Part shown: one piece after another, positions 11,580-22,095 of the stretch
How the letters are laid out: each line of letters begins with the position of its first letter
How positions within the stretch are numbered: the first letter of the stretch is position 1
Program-made: the position numbers and the translations under genes
Source of the DNA: Callorhinchus milii
Taxonomy: Eukaryota
Direction of reading: 5' to 3'
NCBI RefSeq assembly: GCF_018977255.1
Contig: NW_024704742.1
Span: 130,574,001-130,638,000, forward strand
DNA length: 64,000 nucleotides
The notes under the pieces: generated by a model
Database searches by the model: none
What the model saw: only the letters and a program-made list of their open reading frames with translations
Told to the model about the DNA's origin: nothing

Positions 11580-12530
11580 TCCAACCACGTAGTGCCGTAC
11601 AGAGAGAGAGAGGGGGGGGTCTGGGGGGAGAGAGGAGGAGGCGGCACTACGCTTGCGCGGCCCTAACAGTACGTCATTCGGGTGCGGAGCTCTCGCGCTG
11701 GAGAGAATGCGCATGACGTCCCCTCTCCCTCCCTCCCTCCCTCAACGTGCTCGCTCGCGCGCGCGCGCGTGCGTGCGTGTGCGTGCGAGCGAGCGTCGCG
11801 CGCTGGGGAACGGGAGAGGAGCGACGCGCGTTTGTGCGTACGTGCGAAGGAGAGTGTGTGTGTGTGTGTGTGTACGTACGTACGTACGTGAGGAACAATA
11901 AAGGGTCACGTACGTCCGTACGTTCATTCGCGGGCCGGAGGCGGCGGCGGGTGGGAGTGACTGTTTGACACTCGACGGCCTGAGTGAGAGGAGGAGGAGG
12001 CCCTGAGGTTCTTATATATGAATAAATATATATATATATATATATAAAACAACGCCACAGCTCCTCACGGCCGTCATAGTATTTGCTTTTGTACAAATAT
12101 CCCTTTTATGTTTTGGATTTTTTTTTAAAAAAAAGGAAATTAATCTCAGGTGTTCTTGAGGGAAAGCGAGAGAGAGAGAGAGAGAGAGGGATAGGAGTTG
12201 AGTGATCTGCCGACCTCTCCTCTCCTCTCTCCTCCACCCCGCGGCCTCGCAACGACACCCCGTCTATGAACTCTACCTCCATGTGGATTCCAAGCCTTTC
12301 CCTTCCCCACCATGGCGAGAAAAATAGTTAGCAGAAAGAGAAAGGCTGCGGAACTAGAGCCGGAGCAGGTAAGCGAAGGGCAGGGCCCAGGCGGACCCGC
12401 CGCCGCGCCCGTTTCTTTTGGAGCCGCGTTGCGTAACTGAAGGGGTCGCGGGGTCTGGGGCTAAGGCCGGGGCCGGGGCCACCGTGTGGGGAACCGCTTG
12501 TGCCAATTCCGGCATCGTCACCCATCGGCC
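11580..12530 (+). promoter_or_regulatory. DCAF12: CpG island, promoter and 5' UTR of DCAF12
   Basis: High CpG density around exon 1. NRF1-like TGCGCATG next to CRE-like TGACGTC at ~11708-11720, plus many ACGT cores. Confidence 0.85.
12312..12368 (+). CDS. DCAF12: DCAF12 coding exon 1 (MARKIVSRKRKAAELEPEQ)
   Basis: Strong Kozak context CCACCATGG. Translation matches the recalled vertebrate DCAF12 N-terminus MARKVVSRKRK. Donor CAG|GTAAGC, phase 0, inside a CpG island. Confidence 0.95.
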
Positions 12531-12647
12531 CCAACTCCTCACCCCCTGTTGTTTGTACCCCCATAGACGGTTATTTGTTAATTTATTATCATCTCTGGCC
12601 TTCAAGGCACATCTCAAGACTCTGCTCTTCGACCGTGGCTTCGGCCA

Positions 12648-13430
12648 CCCTCCTGCCCCTACCCTCCCTACCCTCCTGCCCTCCTACCCCTACCCTCCCT
12701 GCCCTCCTACCTCCTGCCCCTACCCTCCCTGCCCTCCTACCCCTACCCTCCCTGCCCTCCTACCCCTACCCTCCCTGCCCTCCCGCCCCTACCCTCCCTG
12801 CCCTCCCGCCCCTACCCTCCCTGCCCTCCTACCTCCTGCCCCTACCCTCCCTGCCCTCCTACCCCTACCCTCCCTGCCCTCCTACCCCTACCCTCCCTGC
12901 CCTCCTGCCCCTACCCTCCCTGCCCTCCCGCCCCTACCCTCCCTGCCCTCCTACCCCTACCCTCCCTGCCCTCCTACCCTCCCTACCCTCCCTGCCCTCC
13001 TGCCCCTACCCTCCCTGCCCTCCTACCCTCCCTACCCTCCCTGCCCTCCTACCCTCCCTACCCTCCCTGCCCTCCTGCCCGTACCCTCCCGCCCCTGCCC
13101 TCCTGCCCCTCCCGCCCCTGCCCTCCTGCCCCTACCCTCCCTGCCCTCCTGCCCCTACCCTCCCTGCCCTCCTGCCCCTACCCTCCCTGCCCTCCCGCCC
13201 CTACCCTCCCTGCCCTCCCGCCCCTACCCTCCCTGCCCTCCCGCCCCTACCCTCCCGCCCCTACCCTCCCTGCCCTCCCGCCCCTACCCTCCCTGCCCTC
13301 CCGCCCCTACCCTCCCTGCCCTCCCGCCCCTACCCTCCCTGCCCTCCCTACCCTCCCTGCCCTCCCACCCCCTGCCCTCCCACCCCCTGCCCTCCCACCC
13401 CCTGCCCTCCTTGTCCTCCCTGCCCTCCAC
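12648..13430 (+). repeat. C-rich minisatellite (~24-bp units such as CCCTACCCTCCCTGCCCTCCTGC) inside an L2 3' UTR in DCAF12 intron 1
   Basis: Visible tandem array, preceded by the L2 ORF2 end (AFKAHLKTLLFDRGFG) and followed by L2 tails. Confidence 0.95.
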
Positions 13431-14807
13431 CCTTCCTGATCCCAACAACAAGTTGCATTTATAGAGCGCCCTTCACGCGGGGTAACGTCCTGGAGCGCTT
13501 GACAGTGGCCGTGTCGAGAGAGGGAGGTGACCGTAAGCGCAATCAGCTCCTAAGCCCCCAGCGCGTGTCCAAATCCCTGACTGTCCAGCGCCTTGGGACA
13601 TCCTCCCGGTGTGAAAGGTACCATATAAATGTAATTTGTTGTTAACAAAAACTCAAGCTGTACTGTATTGAGGTCAAGTAATTTTATTTATTAAATGCTC
13701 TCGTTTTCAAGTTTCTCTCTAAATCAACAGAACTGGGTCGTTTTTTAGAATAAATAAGGCACGAACAGTATGGCCCCAGACCCGAGGTGGTGTGTGTGTA
13801 TGAGAGGGGGTGGGGTGGGAGACTGGTCTGCATATTTTATTTGCTTCCTAATCTTTCCCTCATAAACAACATTGTATGTAAAATATTTTAAGGGTGTACA
13901 AGTTAAGAATGGTAAGCTCTTGCAAAGGACAAGACGTTTTGAGATTTACTTGTGTTTAGTTATTCTAATTCAGAAATAGTTATGTGACATTTACCAGTTT
14001 TTTTTATATAAGCACCGATCTATAGTCTTCCCCTTATAAGAATACTGTTGGTACATTTCAGTTGGACTTGTAAAAGGCATAGTAAATAGGGGATTAGTTT
14101 AGTCTTTTGTTCCATGTTAAAAATGTATAAACTGTCAAAAAAAAATTAAAACAATGTTGAACTTGTTTTTCAGTTCATATTATTCTCCCATGTTTGGGAA
14201 CCATAGTAAAAAAAACAAGTCTAAAAGCAGAACATTTAATTTTGTTTTTAAATTGTTAAGAGTTTGAAAGATTGTCAAACTGACATGCATATGCTTATGC
14301 CTTATTTACCATAAAGTTGGTAAAGGTCTTGTTATTGCTAGATATTGGCACAAGTGCTCTTGTCTAAGTAATAGTGCTCTGGATTAGGCAAACCTTAGCA
14401 TTAGTAATCTAGTTATCTGGTTGTGGAACTGTTTGGTGTCAATACGTTACAGTATTATAAACATTGGATTGTTATTGGTCATAACTTTTTCTGTTCAAAA
14501 CGTCGTACGTTTTAAACTGAAATTGTTGTTTTTAAATTTGTAGCCGAAAGGAAAATCAGTTGAAATTACTTTGTGACGTCAGTCTTGGATTGTGATGTCG
14601 AGCTCTAGTGACAATATGATGTTTCTTTCCATTAGTACCTTCCCTGGACTACAAAGAATATGACCTTTGATAAATATTTGGGCAACTGAGGGTGACTCTT
14701 AACTCGCAAGAGAAAAGTCCATAAATAAAATGTAACAACATTACATTAACTTCATGTGGCTTCAGTCAAATTTTAATTAGTTCCTTGACCTGCTTTTTAG
14801 GGATGAT

Positions 14808-15005
14808 ATAATAATAATAATCCTTGCATTTGATATAGCGCTTTTCACATCTTCTAGACGTCTCAAAGTGCTTCACAGAATAGACTGTAAAGTGAATTGA
14901 CTGTATATTTGTGGGCAAATTGCAGCAGCCAATTGCGCACAGCAGTGTCCAACAAACAGTCGTGGATTTAAATTACCCATTTATTATTTGTTTGAGGGAT
15001 TATTA
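14808..15005 (-). mobile_element. Composite SINE, 3' part
   Basis: Reverse complement of the SINE Deu segment and tail. Confidence 0.85.
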
Positions 15006-15577
15006 TCATTATATGATTATGAATAGAGCTTTGAATCTAACAGTGCTAAGCAAGTAATGATTTGTGATAAAAGAGTTGTGTATTAACAGCTTTAAAATTT
15101 TCCTGTAAAGCTGCACAAGGGTGAGGAATTTGACCCATTTGATCTTAACTTTCTAAAATAACAACTCTTTCCATTACAACCCCGAGTTCTCTAAATGAGG
15201 CCAATGTCTCACCTTACTTGATAACCTGTTTCAGTTGCTAATTACGCTTGATGGAAATATTTCCTTATATCTGCCGTGAAATTGACAATCCGGATATATC
15301 CATACAGGACAAATAAAGACCCATTAGCCTCGCCTTAATGGAATCAGTCATTAGAAGCATGAAAAGAACCTAGGAATTAACCGCCAACATGGTTTCAGTG
15401 GGGGTAGCTGTAGAGAGCTCCAGTCGGGCCTCGCCTGCTGATCTGGTCGCTTCTCCCTTTTTCCTACAATTTTTATAATTCTTTCTTATTTTCTTAATCT
15501 GTGAAGACCTATAGCATAGTAGTTGATGCTGTCGCCTTGCAAGCGAGAGGACTTGGGTTTGATTCCCAAGTGGGACG

Positions 15578-16420
15578 ACAACAACAAGATTACATTTGTA
15601 TAGCGCCTTTCACGTCGGGAGGATGTCCCAAGGCGCTGGACGGTGCACAGCATTTCAGACCCGAGCTGGGGTCAGGGGAGAGAAGGGAGGGAAAGTGGGA
15701 TGGCCGATGGTTGAAGAGGAGGGTCTTGAGGCGGGACTTGAAGGAGGTTAAGGAAGGGGCGAGGCGGAGTGACTGGGGGCTGGAATTCCAGAGGTTGTGG
15801 CAGAGTGGCTGAAGCCTCTCCCACCAATGGTGGGGCGGGTGGGTCGGGGGACGTGGAGCAGGCCAGAGCCGGCTGAGCGGAGGGAACGGGCGGGTTGATA
15901 GGGGGTTAGGAGGTCGCAGACGTAGGGTGCAACGAGGCCATGGAGGGCTTTGTATGTGAGCACCAGGATCTTGAACTGGATCCCCTGAAGGATAGGGAGC
16001 CAATGGAGTCGGGCGACAATGGAGGAGATGGGGTCACGGAGTTTGTGAGGGAGAGGAGAGGGGCTGCAGAGTTCTGGATTATCTGCAGCCTGTGGAGGGA
16101 GGAGTTGGGAAGGCCGACAAGCAGGGCGTTTGCATAGTGGAGCCTGGAGGTGATGAAGGTATGAACAAGAGTTTCAGCGGCCTGAGGGGTGAGGTAGTGG
16201 CGGAGTCGAGCGACTTTAAGGAGGTGAGGGAAGGCAGAGCGGGTCATGGCTTGGATGTGGGGAAGAAAAGACAGTTGAACAAGACACCGAGGTTCCTGAC
16301 TGGCTTGGTGAGTTGATGTGTGCAACCATGGAGGTTGATGCTGCCAGACCCTGAGGTGCTGAGGCGCTGGCGCGAGCCAATCAGGAGGGCCTCAGTCTTG
16401 TTCACATTCGACTGTAGAAA
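15578..16420 (-). mobile_element. L2 LINE 3' fragment inserted into a SINE (head ~15510-15577, remainder ~16425-16605)
   Basis: ORF2 C-terminal translation (ETLVHTFITSRLHYANALLVGLP) and (CAA)n tail, with SINE halves on both flanks. Confidence 0.85.
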
Positions 16421-16689
16421 ATTCCCCCCCAAAGGTGGTCACTCAATCAACGACTGTTTGTGGGACCCGCTGTGTACAATAGGCTCCCTTGTTTCGCTCA
16501 TAAAATGCACAGCCAACCATTTTACAATATATTCTGTGAAGCGTTTTGAGAGGTTTCAGTGACATGATAAGGCGCTGTACCAAATGCAAGGATTATTTAT
16601 TATGATAATCTCGTTTATTTTTTCTGTTGAACTGTTTTGGAGCTTTTTTCAAATTTTTAAATTTGCACCTGCAACACCTGTCTTGTTTG

Positions 16690-18722
16690 CTCCACATAAT
16701 GTTTTTGAAAGATGTCTTTATCCTCAACTGATTCAACCTTAAGTAGTACCTCCAGATCTGTCACAAGAAGCTCAGCCCTCTTAATCCCTGATCTTTGCCC
16801 TTCTAAAATTGTGTATTGCTCTCTGCTGGCAGTCTCCCTCCTCATCCCACTCCCCTTCAAAACCACTGTCATCACTCAACTCTTCAAAAAACCCACCCTT
16901 GATCCCTCTAACTTGCAAATTAACGACCCATTTCTAACTTGCCTTTCCTTGCTATATTTCTGGAACGCATTGTTGCAAATCAACTTTGCTCACACCTCCA
17001 TTCCCTACTCCAGATCCTCCAGTCCGGTTTCCTCCCTGCCCACAGCACAGAGCCTGCGCTCATCAAAGTCACAAATAGTGTCCTCTCTCCCTCTGCTTCC
17101 TTGTCCTCCTGGACCTCTGTGTTAGACACAGTCGATCATGTCATCCTCCTCCACCATGTGGAGTCCTGTAGCTCAGTGGTTAGAGCACTCGCTTTGCAAG
17201 TGAGAGACCTGAGTTCAATTCCAGGCAGAGGGCGAAACCTTGGGCAAGTTTCCTTCTCCACACAGAGCCTAATAATAATCCCTCCAAAACCAAAAACAAT
17301 AATAAATTGGTTATTTTCAATCTACGACTGTTTGTGGGACATTGCTGTGCGCAATTGGCTGCCGCGTTCGTCCACAAATATACAGTCAATTCACTTTACA
17401 GTGTGTTCTGTGAAGCGCTTTGGGACGTCCTCCCGACGTGAAAAGCGCTATATCAAATGCAAGGATTATTATTATTATTATCTTTCCTCTCTTACCCACC
17501 TCAGCGGGACCACACTTTCCTCGTTTGAGTCCTATTTAACCAATAGCCATCACTATATTCAGAAATGTTTTTTCCTCTCCACCCTCGGTCACTTGTGGCA
17601 TACCCCAAGGTTCCTTCCTTGGCCCAGTTTTCTTTATTTACATGCTCCCTCTTGCCGATGTCATCCCAGACAGCAGGTCAACTTCAACATGTATGTGGAT
17701 GACACCCAAATCTACTTCTCCTCCTATAGCTGCAACTTCAGATCCACTGATGTTCTGTCAACTTGTTTGTCAGACATCAAGGCTTGGGTGAGCACAAACT
17801 TTCTGCAGCTGAATGTCAACAAGGCAGAAGTATTTGGCTCCCATCAACATCTTCTCTCCTGCTGCTCTGACCTCCTCAATTTCCCCGATCTATCCTTAAG
17901 GCTTACTGAACCTGATCAGGTTTGATCCCCAGCTGGCTCTATCTCTCTGCCTCCACCCTTGACTCAAGGACCACTGCTGTCCTGATAGAATGTCTCTCAG
18001 ACATCAAGTCCTGGATGAGAACTAACTTTCTACAGTTGAATGTCAACAAGACCGAGGCTCTCCTGATTGGCTCCCATCAGTGCCTCCACACCTCAGTCAC
18101 GGGCAGCATCAGGATGCACGCTGTATCTCACTAAGTCAGTCCAGAACCTTGGTGTCTTGTTTGACCCTCAACTATCCTTTCTACCCCCCACATCCGTGCC
18201 ATGACCCGCTCTGCCTTCCCCACCTCCACAACATTGCTCGGCTCCGCCACTGCCTCACACCTCAGGCCACTGAAACCCGCGTTTAACACATCTAGGCTCG
18301 ACTACTTCAATTCCTTGCTTTGTCGGTCATCCCAACCCTTCCCTCCATTAGCTGCAAATCATCCAGAACTCTGTAGCTCGTGTCCTCTCCCACATCAGGC
18401 TCCATGACCCCATCACCCTCGCCCGGCTCCACTGGCTTCCCGATAGAATTCAAAATTCTCACCCTAGTCTTCAAAGCCCCCATCGGTGGTCGGGCCTTTA
18501 GCCTTTCTGCCCCCACCCTATGGAAGTCCATCCCACCTTCCCTTCGCCTTGCTCCCTCCCTTGCCTCCTTCAAGGCGAGTCTCAAAACCCTCCTCTTTGA
18601 CCGAGCCTTCGGCCACCCTCCCCAATCCTGGCCCCCTGCTCAGGGTCCAAATCCCTGACTGTCCAACGCCTTGGGACGTCCTCCTGATGTGAAAGGCGCT
18701 ATACAAATGTAATTTTGTATTG
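16690..18722 (+). mobile_element. Cluster of degenerate L2 ORF2 fragments (RT region to 3' tail) interrupted by a young SINE
   Basis: KKPTLDPS, HSTEPALIKV, YVDDTQIY and FLQLNVNK motifs. Confidence 0.85.
17158..17481 (+). mobile_element. Young full-length composite SINE, short subfamily
   Basis: A-box TAGCTCAGTGG, TGC anticodon-like loop, B-box GTTCAATTCC, CORE-like and Deu segments, L2-type stem-loop, (TAT)n tail. Confidence 0.95.
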
Positions 18723-18939
18723 TAATAACATTAATAATAATCCTTGCATTTCATATGGCATTTTATCACGTCAAGATACGTCAAATACTGTCAAGTGAAT
18801 TGACTGTATGTTGTGGGCAAAATGTGGGCTAATTGTGCACAGCAGTGTTCCATAAACACTTGTGGATTGAGTGACCAAACGCACAACCTTGAGAAGATCG
18901 GGGTCCTCACCTCGGCATTCCCAATTTCTGCTGTCTCCC

Positions 18940-19108
18940 ACCGTGCCTTCAACTCCCCTCTCGACTCTCTACCCCCTCCTCGCTCTTTCCCTTCCCTCAC
19001 CCTGACTATTTCCTCCCTGCTCGGGTCCCGACCCAACTGTCCAGCGCCTTGGGACGTCCTCCCGATGTGAAAGGCGCTCTATAAATGCAATCATGTTGTT
19101 GTTGTGTT
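18940..19108 (+). mobile_element. Young L2 LINE, short 3'-terminal copy
   Basis: Near-identical to 6070-6242. Confidence 0.9.
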
Positions 19109-19429
19109 GATTTAAGTTCCCAGTGACACTTACCTTTTTCTCACAAATCCTTCTAATATTTTCAAAGTACAAGTGACTGTATTTTTCTAGACAAATGCAG
19201 CAGTCATGAATTGAATGACTTTGGCCTAGTGGTCTGTAGCAAACCCCAAAAGTTGTTCTGCTCCTTTTCTCGTTGAGCACATCTAACCCGAGAATTTAAT
19301 GCTATGGCTGATACTGCAAAACTAGCTCAATGCTGAGCCAGGAGTCCTTTACACATAAGGAAATCCCTCCCTTCCTATATTTACTTTGATTATCCTGCTT
19401 TAGTCATGTCTTTGGATGAAGTCCTTTGG

Positions 19430-19800
19430 GTGGAGCCCTGTAGCTCAGTGGTTAGAGCACTCACTTTGAAAGTGAGAGACCTGGGTTTGATTCCTGGCAG
19501 GGCAAAATGTTGTGCAAGTTTCCTTACTCAGCTCGTCTTTGTTTATCTAGCAGTAAGTAGGAACCCGGTTGTTAGTTGATTGGCAGATCGCTTTTCCGGG
19601 GGTAATATTTCCTTAAAAAAAACAATAAATTGGTCACTCAATCTGCGACTGTTTGTGGGACACTGCTGCGCGCAATTGGCTACCCTGTTTCGACCACAAA
19701 ATATAGTCAATTCACTTTACAGTATATTCTGTGAAACAGTTTGAGATGTCTCAAAGACATGATAAAGTGCTATATCAAATACAAGGATGATTATTTATTT
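19430..19800 (+). mobile_element. Full-length composite SINE, long subfamily
   Basis: tRNA head plus the extra GCAGTAAGTAGG...GATCGCTTTTCCGGGGG segment. Confidence 0.9.
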
Positions 19801-20774
19801 ATGAACAAATATATTGTGAAACTGTATGATATTTTTATCAGTGAAGATTAATTACAGGTATATTCATGATGTCTCCAAAGTAGAAGCACATAAAGGCAGA
19901 TTCACTCCCATTTAAAAGTATCAATGAGAAATATTTGTGAGCTTCAATGACCAAGTTTCTTAACTGAAAGGATGCATTTTTTAAAAAAGTATTCAATTAA
20001 ATTTGGAAAATGTAATTGCTTGATATGTTTTCAGGACTTAACTTTGACAGTCATCTTTCTGTGACTATCATCCAATCTCCTGTCATTGAACTGAAATCTG
20101 TCAATTTTCAGTTTAAATGTTTATACTTTTGTTGATTTTTGGATCCTTTCATATTTGTGTGAAAAAGAGAACAAAATGTTCTGTGACTTGGAATTTGAAA
20201 TTGCTGGTCCTAGTGAGAACTGTAACATTTTGGGCAACAATTTTATAGTCGGATACAAAGCACATTTACAGTATTGTGCATATTAAAATTATAGATTTTC
20301 TCTTCAAACTCTATATTGATTCATTTATCATCTTTCCCTTCTTTTCTGCACGTGTTTCTTCACATCCCTGTCCTACCTGCCCCAATTTTGGCGGTTGGGC
20401 TTTCAACCTATGTGCCAGCACTCTCTAGAAATCAACCCTGGGTTCCCTAAGAACTTGTCCCATCAAAGACCGCCTCAGGACCTTATTCTTTGACTGCCCC
20501 TTCGGTCATCTTTGGGGTGAGATGACTGAGGGTTCATTCAGTGGGAGATTTTTGGAAGCAGATAGGAAGGTTGCTGCAAAATAAAAGATTTAGGGAGGGA
20601 ATTCTAGCGAGTGGGGGCAAGATGACTAAAGGCTTACTTGCTGATGATGGGGAACTCCTAGCCTGGTGTTTATGCTGTTTGTTCTTATAATAATAATCAT
20701 CATTTGATATGGTGCTTTATCAAGTCTTCGCAACGTCTCAAAATGCTTCGCAGAATATACTGTCAAATGAAATG

Positions 20775-21557
20775 CGAAGCCATCCACCTAGATAGCAAAA
20801 GCAGTAGAGCGGGTTATTTTTTTTAGAAGGGGAGAGATTAGAATGTGTGAGCGTCCAGAGGGACTTGGGTGTCCATGTACACCAATCACAGAAAGTTAGT
20901 CTAAGGTGCAGCAGCAATTAGGAAGGCAAACAGTATGTTAGCATTCATTATAAAAGGATTAGAGTATAAGAGTAGGGAAGTCTTGCTGCAACTGTATAGG
21001 GCTCTGGTGAGACCACACCTGGAATACTGTGTGCAGTTTTGGTCTCCTTATTTAAGGAAGGATGTACTTGCCTTGGAGGGGGTGCAGCATAGATTTACTA
21101 GGTTAGTACCAGGGATGAAGGGGATGAGTTACGAGGATAGGCTGACCAATTTGGACCTATATTCTCTAGAGTATAGAAGAATTAGAGGGGATCTTACAGA
21201 AACCTATAAGATCATCAAAGGGCATGATAGAGTAGATAGTGGGAGATTGTTTCCCCTGGTTGGAGAAACTAAAACCAGGGGTCACAACCTTAAAATCAGA
21301 GGTCAGCCCTTTTGCCCTGAGTTGAGGAAGAACTTCTTCACTCAAAGGGCGGTGAATGTATGGAACTCGCTACCCCAAAGTGTTGAACATATTCAAGACT
21401 GAGATAGATATGTTTCTTATTGCAAAAGGGATTAAGGGATATGGGGATAAGGCAGGGTTATGGTATTAGCTGGAGTTAGATTAGATTAGCCATGATTGAA
21501 TGGCGGGGCAGGCTCGAAGGGACGAATGGCCTACTCCTGCTCCTATATGTTATGTTA
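20775..21557 (+). mobile_element. CR1 LINE 3' fragment
   Basis: ORF 20935-21402 reads LYRALVRPHLEYCVQFWSP...RRIRGDL...TRGH...FFTQRAVNVWNSLP. CR1-type 3' end GAATGGCCTACTCCTGCTCCTAT. Confidence 0.95.
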
Positions 21558-22019
21558 ACTGAATTGACTGTAGTTTGTGGGCAAAACTACTTGTTCTTGA
21601 TGTTTCTGTTCTCACAGTTTTGAGTTTTTAAAATATTTTTAAGGTAAGTATTCTACTCATTCTTTATATTGCATTGTAACTTGCAAAACATGAATAAAAG
21701 TATATGCGAATGCGAATCAGCACTTTCAGGGAGATTTTGGGGGCTGGGGATGTATGTAAAAATATGCTATTCAAATGTGTTGAAGTTTTTGAAATATACA
21801 GGTGGTAGGAATTGATACAAGGTTGGAAAGTGGCTCACCTTGAGTGAGTAAACAAAGCTGCTCCCTCCTGTAGAAGTGGATGCTTAGCTATGTTGTCTCA
21901 GTCCAGTTTAAAACTCATGCTGTATTTTCATGGCTCATTATTTCCACCAAAATACTCAATGTTGTGGCTTTTGGTTTCTCTTCTCTCTAATTCTGGTATT
22001 AATGGTGCACATAGGTAGT

Positions 22020-22095
22020 TGCAACCACCAGGAAGGTGGAAGGTGAACTAGATGGACTTTGGTCTTTTTTTCGTCAAGCTGATCTTATGTTCATT
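22020..22095 (+). mobile_element. Short CR1-like 3' tail fragment (related copies ~30925-30998 + and ~41514-41585 -)
   Basis: Shared CAGGAAGGTGGAAGG..AACTAGATGGAC.TTGGTCTT..TTCGTC...CTTATGTTC motif in three places. Confidence 0.55.

Noticed and set aside
12418..13645. 348-aa and 381-aa proline-rich ORFs
   Set aside because: They are translations of a stop-free C-rich minisatellite in DCAF12 intron 1.
16939..17925. 328-aa ORF
   Set aside because: It is a chance read-through of degenerate L2 ORF2 plus an inserted SINE, with internal frame switches relative to L2.
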